DNA from: Octopus sinensis
Lineage: Eukaryota
Length of the DNA stretch: 64,000 nt
Direction of reading: 5' to 3'
NCBI RefSeq assembly: GCF_006345805.1
Contig: NC_043004.1
Coordinates: 49,290,001 to 49,354,000 of the forward strand
In this document: piece by piece, positions 51,200 through 64,000 of the stretch
How the letters are laid out: every line of letters begins with the position of its first letter
How positions within the stretch are numbered: the first letter of the stretch is position 1
Translations under genes and position numbers: made by a program
Notes under the pieces: generated by a model
What the model was told of the DNA's origin: nothing
Seen by the model: only the letters and a program-made list of their open reading frames with translations
Database searches by the model: none

Positions 51200-52204
51200 T
51201 CATTGTCGTGCAGTTACTGTTTATACCTCGTTCAGAGATTTATTATTGGTTATTATATAGCTAATGTAATATTTTACATTTCAGAGAAATGTTCATAAAC
51301 TAGAAATAATAAGAATAAAAATCATAATTTAAAAATTGCTTGTTTTGTTTTTTTTTTTTTCCTAAGAGGTTTTTATTCTCAGGTGTTTTTTCCTTTTTTT
51401 TTTTTTTAAGGGAGTTTTGTCCGGGAAGGTGGGTCCGACACTCGCTCAATATAATGCAAGAACTCCTCACAGAAGAGTTTGGAATCTCTGAGCATGAACA
51501 ATACACGAAGTTAGGAGGATGGAAGCATTGTCGAGAACGTGAATGAGTACCATGATCAACACAAATAGAGCTTTAATTTTTTAAAAATCTAACTATACTG
51601 TTTTAATTATTGTTTTGCCATATTTTAAAGATTCATTTCCGTATAATTTTTGTGCATAATAAATTTCAATTCGTTCCAGTTCCATACATAACTACATAAC
51701 ACCTTTCACCTTCTCTCCAAACCATGACCATCCCATTTGATTTTCGAACCCTTCGTTTTTATTTCTTCATTCGGTAAGGCGTGATTCGTGATAATTTGGT
51801 CACCATAAGTTCTTATAAACGGCTTATTTAAGAATCAGGTCGTTGTCCAAAACCACATCAAACTTCACTGAAGAACGCTTCGATCAAAATCATTTAAACT
51901 ATTACCAAACCATCTTAAACTTTACGACTTTCTTTGTCGAAGACTGTTGGGTTTTAGCAATGGGAGATTTTTGCTACAATTTCTAACAGCTTGAATGGCC
52001 GCATAGCAAGGGTAGATCGAAGTAGTGGGAGAGCAGTCGTCCTGGACGCGTATGCGAAAATTTTCTCTAGCCTATCATATCTATCAATTAAGGTGGGAAA
52101 CCCAAAAATGTTTGACTCCGGGCACTCTCAAGCTCCTGCTGTACCACTACTTGGTGGAGTTGGAATTCATGCTCTCACTGGTTCGTCGTATTGATGACAA
52201 CTCA

Positions 52205-52620
52205 ATTTCTCTTTTACTCTTTTACTCTTTTACTTGTTTCAGTCATTTGTCTGCGGCCATGCTGGAGCACCGCCTTTAGTCGAGCAAATCGACCTCCAGG
52301 ACTTATACTTTGTAAGCCCAGTACTTATTCTATCGGTCTCTTTTGCCGAACCGCTAAGTTACGGGGACGTAAACACACCAGCATCAGTTGTCAAGCGATG
52401 TTGGGGGGACAAAGACAGACACACAAACAAACACACACACACACATATATATATATATGTGTGTGTGTGTAGTTTCCATCTACCAAATCCACTCACAAGG
52501 TTTTGGTCGGCCCAAGGCTATAGTAGAAGACACTAGCCCAAGGTGCCACGCAGTGGGAATGAACCCGTAACCATGTGGTTGGTAAGCAAGCTACTTACCA
52601 CATAGCCACTCCTGCGCCTA
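52205..52620 (-). mobile_element. SINE family B, full length
   Basis: As other B copies. Confidence 0.9.
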
Positions 52621-52658
52621 ATTCTTGAAATTTTTAGTTTACTTTAGGAGTGGAGAGG

Positions 52659-52721
<63 letters not shown>

Positions 52722-53040
52722 CACCACCACCACCATGTGTATAAACCTCTCCATTACGTTACACGGTTGAAACTTCCCTTTTCTTAACTCGGTCAACCAC
52801 ACCTGTTCAGTATGATTGCTCAGGTTATAATACGATTAATTATAAGGTCATTCAGTCTAGTGACTGAAACAGATGGTCAAACTGTGACTCACGATCAACA
52901 TGCCGCTCTGAAAACTACATTCTGCAGCTCTCAGGATAATGATGAGGTTCAATGCTATATGTATGTCTTTATTTTGGGGACTGTCATATTTTGCCGATAA
53001 ACACACGCACTATTCACTTGATTTTCACTTTATTATTATT

Positions 53041-53435
53041 CTTTTCTACTCTAGGCACAAGGCCCGAAATTTTTGGAGAGGGGACCAGTCGATTAGATCA
53101 ACCCAGTACACAACTGGTACTTAGTATCTCAACCCCGAAAGAATGAAAGGCAAAGTCGACCTCGGCGGAATTTGAACTCAGAACGTAAAGACAAACGAAA
53201 TACCTATTTCTTTACTGCCCACAAGGGGCTACACACAGAGGGGACAAGAAAGGACAGGCAAACGGATTAAGTCGATTATATCGACCCCAGTGCGTAACTG
53301 GTACTTATTTAATCGACCCCGAAAGGATGAAAGGCAGAGTCGACCTCGGCGGAATTTGAACTCAGAATGTAACGGCAGACGAAATACCGCTAAGCATTTT
53401 GTCCTGCGTGCTAACGGTTCTGCCACCTCACCGCC
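53041..53435 (-). mobile_element. SINE family A dimer
   Basis: Same long-tail plus short-tail order as 35679. Confidence 0.88.
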
Positions 53436-53480
53436 TTCGCCGCCTTAATAATAAGTACCAGCTGAGTACTGGAGTCGAAG

Positions 53481-53782
53481 GATTGGCAGTGAGTATAGTG
53501 AAGAATTCCAGGTAGAAGTAGGAGTCCACCAAGGATCAGCCTTCAACCCCCTCTTATTCATCATAGTCCTCCAAGCAATAACAGAGGAATTCAAGACAGG
53601 TTGCCCCTGGGAGCTCCTCTATGCTGACACCTGGCCCTCATAGCAGAATCGCTACCAGAACTAGAGAAGAAACTTCAAGTGTGGAAGCAAGGTTTAGAAT
53701 CCAAGGGCCTTAGAGTCAATGTTGCAAAGACCAGAGTTCTAGTAAGTAGGAAGGCAAACACATCACATACCCCTTCAGGTAG
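53481..53782 (+). pseudogene. RTE-clade LINE reverse transcriptase fragment
   Basis: VGVHQGSAFNPLLFIIVL...PWELLYAD..LALIAES...WKQGLESKGLRVNVAKT. Confidence 0.9.
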
Positions 53783-53826
53783 GTCCCAAATTCCAGGCCT
53801 TGTGCCGATAGTAGAAAGGATTATTA

Positions 53827-53858
<32 letters not shown>

Positions 53859-54491
53859 TATTATTATTATTATTATTATTATGGTTGTCGTTGTTGTTGA
53901 TGTAATTGTTACTTATTCTATTTGTCAGAATTCTTTCGTCACACATTCTGTTACCTCTTCAACGATTTTCCATCCCTCGTGTCTCCACCTCTCTGGTCTT
54001 TTTCTGTCTATTCCATTATGTCTTTCTGTGGTACGTATATATCCCTATCTGTGTATGCGTTTACATCTGTATCTGTGTCTTTTATTATTTTTTTTCTGGA
54101 CCCGTTGTTCCAGGTCTCTGCTCCGCAGCTCTAACATCAGTGGACGTAGGTTAAAGACGTAATGGATAGTGCCATCTGCATAGGAGGATTATATGTTGTT
54201 AGAAGTAAGAACAAGTAGCAAGTAAGTAATTAATGTAGAGAAGGAAGATCATTGGAATACATCAAGATTCAAAGAGTGGATTGGAGGGAGAGACGGAGAT
54301 TGCCTTGCCAGCGAATGCTGCAAAGTTTCTGGGAGTTTCTCATGCCGAACACAACCAAAAGTTTTACTGGCGTTAAAGTTTTTAACATTGCTTGCCCGCA
54401 GAGTGTGGTGGATCTAGTTTTAAGCAAACAGTTCTGGTGGGTTAATGGGGAGAAATTGGGAGAGAGAAAGACAGAGGGAGAAAGAGAGAGG

Positions 54492-54526
<35 letters not shown>

Positions 54527-54604
54527 GAGGCTAATAGAGAAAGTAGCAGCGCATAAGGAGTAAATGTGATAAAAAAGGTTGATACGAAACGAATGTTTCC
54601 TAAT

Positions 54605-54681
<77 letters not shown>

Positions 54682-55449
54682 ACTCACTCACTCACTCACT
54701 CACTCACAAAAAAACAAAAAACCTCGTACAGTTGAGTCTACAAACGCCTTTACTATCTTCATTGAGGTTATTGATGTCTTTGGAAAATGTACACGAAGGC
54801 GGTGTCAACGTCCGTTTCCTTCGGTCACGAAGTCACCTGTTCTAATCTCTCATTGATTGACAGAACTGAAAAAGTCGAAAAGGTGACACTATTTTATCGT
54901 ACTAAACCATCTGATAAATAAATATTTATTGTTTTATCTTCTTTTTCTAAAATGTTTATGTAAAATTAAATTATTAAAAAAAAAATCATTTTCTTCTAGA
55001 ATAAATTTTTCTCTTTAAAATGATCTTCGCTATTAAACTCTCAAATTGCTTCTTACAACTGTTTAACGTTGCTACAGTAAAATCTGAAGAAAACACACAG
55101 ACACACACACACATTCTAGCGAGTAGACACTGTATAGAGAAAACCTTTCTGAAGGAAATAAAAATGTCAAAAGATGTCCTTGGATTCGAACTACTCTTTC
55201 TGTAAACACAACACGTTCTACCATTGGACAAAGCAAATGCTCATTTTAGAAACTTCATTATTACCAACGACAATTGTATATTGTTGGCTTCATAACAATT
55301 TAGAAACTTCGAGCGAGCGTGAAATAATTCATTTTTAGACTGGTGAAATTTGAAGCAGATAAAACTATAAGTAATAGCGTGTAAATATTGGGTTAAAAAA
55401 CCTTTAGGAAAAACCTGTTGGAATAAAGCGCTTATTACAGTTTCTTAAA

Positions 55450-55613
55450 AGTATCTTTCATCTGTCATCTTTTAGTTGTTTCAATCATTTGACTGCGGCC
55501 ATGCTGGGGCATCGCTTTCAAGGGTTTAGTCGAACAAATCGACTTATTCTCACGGTCTCTTTTTTCCGAACCGGTTGTCAAGCGGTAGCGGAGACAAACG
55601 CGAATACAAAGAT

Positions 55614-55645
<32 letters not shown>

Positions 55646-55659
55646 ACACACATTTATAC

Positions 55660-55704
<45 letters not shown>

Positions 55705-55905
55705 TATAAAGTATGGCATATCTGTAAAAAATTGTCTGTGAACCGAACCACGCAGTTTCCATTTACCAAATTTTCTAGCATGCCGTTATTTGGACCAGGG
55801 TTATAGTATAAGAGGTTTGCCCAAGTACCGCGCAATGGGACTGAACTCAAAAACAGGTGGCTGCGAACAAGCTTCTGAATCACATATCCATTCTCGCGCC
55901 TATTA
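55450..55905 (-). mobile_element. SINE family B, degenerate
   Basis: Tail, microsatellite and diverged head. Confidence 0.7.
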
Positions 55906-56209
55906 TATTTAATATCTTCATATTTTTCCCATTGTATTTCTTGAAACATACCCAAATATATGACGAAACACTCTGGGCGACTGCCCCAGTTGCCGGTACC
56001 TTCAGCCAGCCCTTAAATTATGGCATATCTGTAAAAATTTATCTGTGAACCAAGCCATAACCATAGTCGTCATTCGCAAGTGATTATGACCTGGTAACAT
56101 GTTCCATGCATTCGCGACTTGTTTCACGTGCCTTTGTCGACCCTCCTAATTTGACAGAACGGGGGATCCAAGATGTGGCAACTGGAAGTAAAGAAAGGCT
56201 GCACTAGTG

Positions 56210-56610
56210 GCGCAGGAGTGGCTGTGTGGTAAGTAGCTTGCTAACCAACCACATGGTTCCGGGTTCAGTCCCACTGCGTGGCATCTTGGGCAAGTGTCTT
56301 CTGCTATAGCCCCGGGCCGACCAATGCCTTGTGAGTGGATTTGATAGACGGAAACTGAAAAGAAGCCTGTCGTATATATGTATATATATGTGTGTGTGTG
56401 TTTGTGTGTCTGTGTTTGTCCCCCTAGCATTGCTTGACAACCGATGCTGGTGTGTTTACGTCCCCGTAACTTAGCGGTTCGGCAAAAGAGACCGATAGAA
56501 TAAGTACTGGGCTTACAAGGAATAAGTCCCGGGGTCGATTTGCTCGACTAAAAGCGGTGCTCCAGCATGGCCGCAGACAAATGACTGAAACAAGTAAAAG
56601 AGTAAAAGTA
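56210..56610 (+). mobile_element. SINE family B, full length
   Basis: As other B copies. Confidence 0.9.
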
Positions 56611-56699
56611 CTAAACAGGTACTCAATTTTAGTGATACTGATCAGAGCAACTTGAAATTAAGTGTCTTGTTTAAGGACACAAACGCACCGCCCGTATCA

Positions 56700-58500
56700 G
56701 GTTTGTGAACTAAACTGTAGTGGAATGTTACTATAGTAGCAGACCCGCCAAAACAGGATACACGAAAAGGATTTATAAAATAAGGATAGAGAGACAAGGT
56801 CTCTGTCATAGAACAAAAACTTCTGGTCTACACAAATTTAATCATGAAAAGACAGTGACTGTCCCAGCTGGAGCAGGAAGAGAACGCCAAAAACAATGCA
56901 AGATGAAGAACATAGTTACGTAGTAGAAGAGGAAAAGGAAATTGAACAAGAAAGAGTAAAGTCCAATAAACCATCAGACTAGAAATAAAAGTCCAGATGA
57001 AAACAATTTTACTTCGTGCAGGAAAGGATGCTACAGAAGAAGAAAGGAACGTACTAAAATGACTAAAAGTGACACGAACTAGAGAAAGAAAAAAGATTAC
57101 TAATTCAAACACTAACTGAAGGAGAACCACGTAAAGCAGTAAGTAAAGAAGCTGGACAAGATGTTAACGAAATTAAATGTGGTAAACATAACAAGATCTA
57201 GAAATTCTTGGGGTTAAAAGTGACGGGAAAACAAAGGACAAAGATCCAACAGAAATCTTGGAAGATAAATGTAATAACTGAAAAGATATTGGTTTACAGT
57301 TTGGAGTAAATCATTGTGCAGTTTTAATTATGGAGAGAAGCCGAAAGATTAAATGTGATGGTATAAGATAACTACAAGATGATATCATTAGATTGCTGAG
57401 AAATAATGATGGATCCAAATATGTAGTAGTCCTCGACAATAGGGTAATGGAAAGAAAAATGAAAGAAAAGTCTCAAAGACTACAAGAGATGGATTTGGAA
57501 GCTATTTGAAACTAAATGAAGAGAATATTATCTAAGCAATGAAAACATGAGTCATGCTAGTATATTCTGCTCCTTTTCTAAAATGGACAAAGACAAAGTA
57601 TCAAGAATTAGAAGAACTAGGAAGCTTCTCACAATGCAAAATGCGCATCACTTTAAAAGAAAGAAACGATTGGCCCCACCTACGAAGAAAAGAAGGAGGC
57701 AGTTGCTTGTTAAACAGAAGGCTAGAAATATCCCTAAAATCGCAGTAGGAGAATTCAAGAACAGAACGAAGAACGACAGTACATATAGTAGGAAAAAGAA
57801 GGAATTACGTGGCCAGATCATGCAACAATCTGAGGATGCTAGAAGTAAAGAACGCTCATTGTGGCTAATTGATGGGTATCAGAATAAAGAAAGTGCATCG
57901 CTAATTTTCAGCCATTGGAACGAATGTGATAAAGACAGATTGACAACACTCAGAGAGCAATCGTATAATCTGTGGAAAAGGAGACAAAACATTTACCATT
58001 TCTTAAGCGAATGCAGAAAGCTAAGTAGAAAGAATATAAGTGCAAGCATGACTGTTTTGGTAAAAAAATTCGGATGTTAACCGAGTGCGTAGATTGAAAG
58101 TGACAAAAAAGTGGTGCGAATACGAACCAGAGGCTGTTATGGTGAATAATAATTACAGGATTTCATGGGACTTCTCTATAATGATTGATTGTACTACTGA
58201 AGCGAGAATACCAGATATAACCAAAGAGGACAAAAGAAACGAACAGTGTAAGATCATACACATTGCAATATCATTTGGCAATCGAGTGACTATCAGAGAA
58301 AATGTGAAAACTGAGAAAAATCAAAACCCAGCCAGAACGATGAAGAGAGTGTGAAAGACAAAGGTGACAATTGTTCCTGTGATAATAAGTGCGCTTGGCA
58401 CGACATCCCAATCTATTACGTCAAGATACTGAAGGATATTGGAACTGGGCTCATATTATCGATCTGTAGAAATGTGCTATCATGTAGCCTACAATAATCC
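56700..58500 (+). pseudogene. Highly decayed RLE-type LINE (RT end, zinc knuckle, endonuclease)
   Basis: HFLSECRKL (CCHC region); EYEPEAVMVNNNYRISWDFSIMID..TEARIPDI; VPVIISALGT; followed by (AAT)n/(TAT)n. Confidence 0.8.
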
Positions 58501-58558
58501 AAAGCGAGCTTCTTGTTATCAAATCTCAGAATAACATTCTTGCTAACTAATATAGCAA

Positions 58559-58727
<169 letters not shown>

Positions 58728-58761
58728 TATTATTATTATTATTATTATTTCAATTTTTTTG

Positions 58762-59140
58762 CTACAAGGGCAGCTTGGGAAAGGTAAGACTAGTCGATTA
58801 CATCGGCTCCAATGTTCAACTGGTACTTATTTTATCGATCCCGAAAGGATGAAAGGGAATGTCGACCTCACCGGAATTTGAACTCAGAACGTAGCGACGG
58901 GCGAAATACCTATTTCTTTACTACCCACAAGGGGCCAAACACAGAGGGGACAAACAAGGACAGACAAACGGATTAAGTCAATTACATCGACCCCAGTGCG
59001 TAACTGGTACTTAATTTATCGACCCCGAAAGGATGAAAGGCAAAGTAGGCCTCGGCGGAATTTGAACTCAGAACGTAACGGCAGACGAAATACCGCTAAG
59101 CATTTCGTCCTGCGTGCTAACGATTCGGCCAGCTCACCGC
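58762..59140 (-). mobile_element. SINE family A dimer
   Basis: Two core units on the minus strand. Confidence 0.85.
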
Positions 59141-59150
59141 CTTCGCCGCC

Positions 59151-59198
<48 letters not shown>

Positions 59199-59219
59199 TA
59201 TAATAATAATAATAATAAA

Positions 59220-60090
59220 GGCACTGGCTCACATGGTTTCTGATCTTAACTGATTGGAAGTGTTATCATGTACATGTTCTGTCTTTGTATAAACGATGGG
59301 CTATAGCAATTATTCTGCTCAGTACCACAGATTTGCTTGTCAGTTGTATGACCATAACCAGTTGAGCATGTCACTTAGTGTCTGACGATATGTGCATCTC
59401 TGATCACAAGCAGAAGTAGCCATGTGTTGAGAAGAATTCTTTGGAGTTTTGAATAATCCATCTCTGGAAACATGGGTGTTTCGCTCAACATCTTTAAACA
59501 AGCCTTATTCAAGGACCGTATGAGCGGGATGGGCTACTCGACCTGAAGAAAATTCTAACTGGGCCCCACCTGCAAGGTCATGTGCTGTATATCTTGATAT
59601 GAGATCACCATGTCGCGCACACGTATGGTTGTGATGCATGTGCCTGGTGTACCCATATAAGACGGGTAGTAATGATGGGTATATTGGGCTTCGTGTATGT
59701 TACTCCAGTGTCACTTTGATGGCATGCGCTGCCCACTCACTCAATAATAATAATAATTAGGATAATGCCCTGATGCAGTACCAGGCAGTGGCTCTCAGGG
59801 CCTCTGATCTTAACTAATTAGAAGTGTTATGTACATTGTTTTGTGTTGGTATAAAAGATGGACTACTGCAAATATTCTGCTCAATACCACAGACTTGCTT
59901 GTCGGTTGTTTGATCTTAACCAGTTTAGCATGTCTCTTAGTGGTTGACGATATGTGCATCTCTGATCACGAGCAGAAGTAGTAGGGGTGCATCATAGCCG
60001 TGTGTTGAGTGGGATTCTTTGGGGTTTGGATAATTCCACTTTGGAAACATGGGTGTTTCCTTCAACATCCTTAAACAACTCTTATTCAGT
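59220..60090 (+). repeat. Unclassified interspersed repeat, two adjacent copies (59220-59750 and 59760-60090), first ending in (AAT)n; probably a LINE 3' region
   Basis: Direct homology between the copies; no recognisable ORF. Confidence 0.55.
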
Positions 60091-60199
60091 GGCCCAGGAA
60101 CAAAATTTTCTTACGAGATGCACACTCAGGTCCAAAATTTTTACGAAAAGAGTGGATTTTTTCATTGTTAATATTAAAACAAATGCAGGTATAATCCTT

Positions 60200-60425
60200 T
60201 CTCCTCTTTTCTACTACAGGCACAAGGTCTAAAATTTGTGGGTGGGGGTATGGAAATAGTCGATCACATCGACTCCAGTACTTGACTGGTACTTAATTTA
60301 TTGACCCTTAAAGGATGAAGGGCAAAGTCAACCTCGGCAGAATTTGAGCTCAGAACGTAAAGATGGATGAAATGCCGCTAAACATTTTGCCCGGTGTGCT
60401 AACGATTCTGCCAGCTCGCCACCTT
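60200..60425 (-). mobile_element. SINE family A, short-tail variant
   Basis: Core and head on the minus strand. Confidence 0.75.
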
Positions 60426-60433
60426 AATTATTA

Positions 60434-61678
60434 TGAGGGTCGGCTGAAAAGTTCATAGGCTCAGCAAAACACCTTCATGAAATGTGACTAAATGAAGTTC
60501 ATTTTTTAACGAAGTCCATTTTAAATACACTTCCATTAGTGTTGCAGTGCTTGGATCTCATTGGTGAAGAAGCTATTCTGTTGGTCAAAAACGTCAACAT
60601 CAGATAAGGCGTCATCATCACCGCGATACTAGAGCCTAGTCAGGTGTTTTTCGTGCTGGGAAACAAACGATAGTCAGATGGTACCAAATCACTAAAATAA
60701 GGAGGGTGATCAACCAGTTCAAAACCAGTTACGCACAGCAACCATTGAAACCAAGGACTTGTGTATTGAAGCATTGTTCTAATGAAACAAGACCTCCTTC
60801 ATTAGTTTTTTCAGTGCGTTTGGTCTTAATAGCATGCCGTAACTGCCATAGCAAGTTGGCATTGATGGTGTGGTCATTTTGAAGATAGTCAATAAATACA
60901 ATGCCTTTTTCATTCCAAAAAACTGAGGCTATCGCCATCCCTGCAGATGAAACGATCTGCTTTCTTTGGAGCGGATGAAGCGGAGTGTTTCCACTGCATG
61001 TTTGCCTCTGTTTCTGTTCAAAGTGATGAAGCCAACAGACATAGGAAACGTTCAAGGAAACTAGCCGTATCTGCCCCAAACAATGTCAGATACTCCCGTA
61101 ATGTGATCAACCTGGTGCGCTTTTGATCAGGTGTCAGAAGACGTGGCACCCATCGAGCATGAACCTTCGTTACGCCAAGTTCATCGTGCAGAATATCCTC
61201 AACTCTCTCCCAGGATATGCTAATAACATTGGCTATTTGAGTTATAGTCAATCGCCTGTTATCCATCAACATGTGGTGAACACGATCGATGTTTTTCTCG
61301 GTGGTGGCAGTTGTGGGACATCCAGACCTTGGATCATCTTCAAGACTATCTTCCCCTCCTAAATTCAGCTGTCCGCTTTTGCACTGTTGATAAAGCTGGA
61401 GCGTAATCCTGTGGTGTAGCAACCATGCCAGCATGAACGTCCTTGGGGCACTAAAGCCTTTTTCTGAAGGTACGTGATAACATCACGATGCTTAATTTTG
61501 TCTATTTTCGAGGGAAGTTGCTACTAGTTACATTTGAAGTTTTCTTTGAATAGTCAGATGTCAGTTTTCCTGAAATGAAACAATGTAGTTAATATGTAGA
61601 ATTGAAATGAATGCATGGAAGATTTCTAAGCATCACTGTTTCATAGATTGTCTATGAACTTTTCAACCCTCGCCCTCG
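60434..61678 (-). mobile_element. Full-length degenerate mariner
   Basis: TIR-like ends with TA flanks; EDDPRSGCP, ARWVPRLLT, VFWNEKGIVFIDYL motifs. Confidence 0.9.
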
Positions 61679-61809
61679 TACTTATTGGTTGAACTGATTC
61701 ATTTTTTAAATTGTTTAATTAAGAGAACCAAATTAGTCTCTGAGGGTCTCTGTTTTAATGCGTATACAATTTTTTAAAAAGATGTATTAAAATTATTATT
61801 TACATACCT

Positions 61810-62340
61810 CATTTATAAATTAATTCTTCGATCTTTCAGGGAAAATATATTTATTACATTGTCATAGAAATCTTCAGTTTTAATCAATCGTTGACGTAAA
61901 TATTTTCCACTTGACATAAGAACCAAACCTGAAAGTCTTTTCTCTCCTATTGTATTTATTTGGTAAGTTCTAATTCTTTTCAAGGTAGAAAAGACCCACT
62001 CTACAGAGGCAGTTGTTGATGAAATGGTCAAAATAAGATTGCAAAGATTTATGAGTTCTGGCATAGCTTCAATCAGATCATTGATGTAAATGCATTAAAT
62101 TACTCACACTTTGCTGCTTAAAGTTTTGCAATCTTATTATGCAATCTTATTATGTCAAAAAAAAACCCTACCATAAGTGTTTTTTAAAGAATTTAAAGCA
62201 TCGACCGGAAATTGTTTGTGATATTCATCACTTGCTAAAATTGAAAAGTTCTATGAATTTAAGCTCTTCTAAGGATGAGTATCACGTTTTTAATTGGTCA
62301 ACTAATATCAATAATTTTGTCTTATTCATCTTTAGAAGAG
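61810..62340 (-). pseudogene. hAT (ZMYM1-like) transposase C-terminal dimerisation domain relic
   Basis: PELINLCNLILTISSTTASVEWVFSTLKRIRTY...IGEKRLSGLVLMS. Confidence 0.85.
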
Positions 62341-62370
62341 CGAATAAAATGGAAAATAATCTGAATAGAC

Positions 62371-62783
62371 GCAGGAGTGGCTGTGTGGTAAGTAGCTTTC
62401 TAACCAACCACATGGTTCCGGGTTCAGTCCCACTGCGTGGCATCTTGGACAAATGTCTTCTGCTATAGCCCCGGGCCGACCAATGCCCTGTGAGTGGATT
62501 TGGTAGACGGAAACTGAAAGAAGCCTGTCGTATATATGTATATATATATGTATGCGTGTGTGTGTTTGTGTGTCTGTGTTTGTCCCCCTAGCATTGCTTG
62601 ACAACCGATGCTGGTGTGTTTACGTCCCCGTAACTTAGCGGTTCGGCAAAAGAGACCGATAGAATAAGTACTGGGCTTACAAAGAATAAGTCCCGGGGTC
62701 GATTTGCTCGACTAAAGACGGTGCTCCAGCATGGCCGCAGTCAAATGACTGAAACAAGTAAAAGAGTAAAAGAGTAAAGAGTA
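62371..62783 (+). mobile_element. SINE family B, full length
   Basis: As other B copies. Confidence 0.9.
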
Positions 62784-63199
62784 ATAAATTAACGTAGTAA
62801 CGAAAGATCCTGGTCAAAAGGGAGAAGTTCCAACATACATGGGAAAGCCCAGGAATGTAACAATGAGCATTAAATATCAAAGAGAAAAGAAATAATTTTG
62901 TTTCGTTGACAAAATAAATAACCTTGTTCCTGAATGGAAGAACCCATCTGACTGACAAAGAATTTTGAAAATGCTTTTATTTTTAGACTAAAGTCAAACA
63001 GTCAAATCCATTCAACCATGTGATCAATCTTTAGCGACACCAATTACAAAGAAGTGACAGAACGTAAAAGTATTGAGAGGTTGCTATTCTTGTTGTTGCT
63101 GCTGCTGTTGTTGCCACGACGCTGGCTTAGAAAGCAGGTCAGAAATTCCCTTCGGAAATTTACGATCAGCTACATTCTTTTTGTCCTTTGTTTTTGTTT

Positions 63200-63443
63200 T
63201 GATAAGAAATCTGACTTCAAGCAAAAAAATATTCAGACAAATACATAACAAAAACACCAGGACTTACAAACATATATATAACATACAGAAAATTGCACTA
63301 CTGGGTACTGCACACATCCTACGCAGAACACTTTCAATACAGTAACCGTCAGAGCATCACAACAAATCACAGCACATACCCAAGACACACAGAGCTACGC
63401 TCGGTAGTGAAGTGAAAGCACGCTATAAAAATAAAAACTACTG
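63200..63443 (+). mobile_element. RLE-type LINE 3' end
   Basis: IQKIALLGTAHILRRTLSIQ*, short 3'UTR, (ATG)n(AAT)n tail. Confidence 0.8.
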
Positions 63444-63506
63444 AATGATGATGATGATGATGATGATAATGATAATAATAATAATAATATAATAATAATA
63501 ATAATA

Positions 63507-63574
<68 letters not shown>

Positions 63575-63597
63575 TAATAATAATAATAATAATAATA

Positions 63598-63835
63598 AGC
63601 AGTTGTGGTCGCTGAAAAAGGTGGTAGTAGTACCAATAATTGTCGGAGCCCTGGGAACAGTGAGTAAAAATCTTGAGAAGTACATGGAACAAACAGGAGC
63701 TGCAATAAGGGTGGAGCGTTTACAGAAAACAGGACTGCTTGGAACTGCTCGAGTACTCCAGATGGTATTTGAAAAATAAGGAATGTTACCTCAGTTCACT
63801 GGTTGTGCTCCAGCGTTAAAAGCTGTGCAAAGACA
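63598..63835 (+). mobile_element. RLE-type LINE 3' end, embedded in (AAT)n
   Basis: VVVPIIVGALGTVSKNLEKY...LQKTGLLGTARVL. Confidence 0.85.
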
Positions 63836-64000
63836 ATAATAATAATAGTAGTGGTAGTAATAACAATAATAGTAGTAGTAGTAGTTGTAGTAGTAGTAGT
63901 AGTAGTAGTAGTAATAATAATAATATTCTCTTTTATTTGCCACCAGGGCGAATGATAAGGGGGCAGACAATATAAAGACACAAAAAAGTATGGGGGTTTA

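Noticed and set aside
59375-59420. CTGACGA followed by a short hairpin
   Set aside because: No GAAA core; the second copy reads TTGACGA

Overview
AT-rich, repeat-saturated eukaryotic DNA, probably intergenic or intronic. The abundant tRNA-derived SINE families resemble those of Octopus, which is inferred from recognition and not searched. I cannot support any intact host gene. Most track ORFs are translations of microsatellites or broken transposon frames. The window holds three to four tRNA-SINE families, RLE-type (R4/Dong/Hero-like) and RTE LINE relics, Tc1/mariner, hAT and piggyBac relics, MITEs, and a Helitron cluster. The most notable signal is a set of non-coding, (TA)n-embedded units carrying type I hammerhead ribozyme (HHR) motifs with palindromic stem III loops. 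Two of these occur as ~1.6-unit tandems with two HHRs each (554-bp period at 27.7-28.6 kb; 472-bp period at 46.8-47.6 kb), and a circularly permuted relative with a canonical HHR lies at 45.2-45.7 kb. This is the architecture of retrozyme-like or Penelope-dependent elements that could yield circular RNAs. A Penelope GIY-YIG relic at 5.5 kb and a perfect fold-back whose axis coincides with a predicted ribozyme cleavage site support the link. All family assignments come from motif recognition by eye. Some fold-backs and duplications near (TA)n tracts may be assembly or long-read artefacts.
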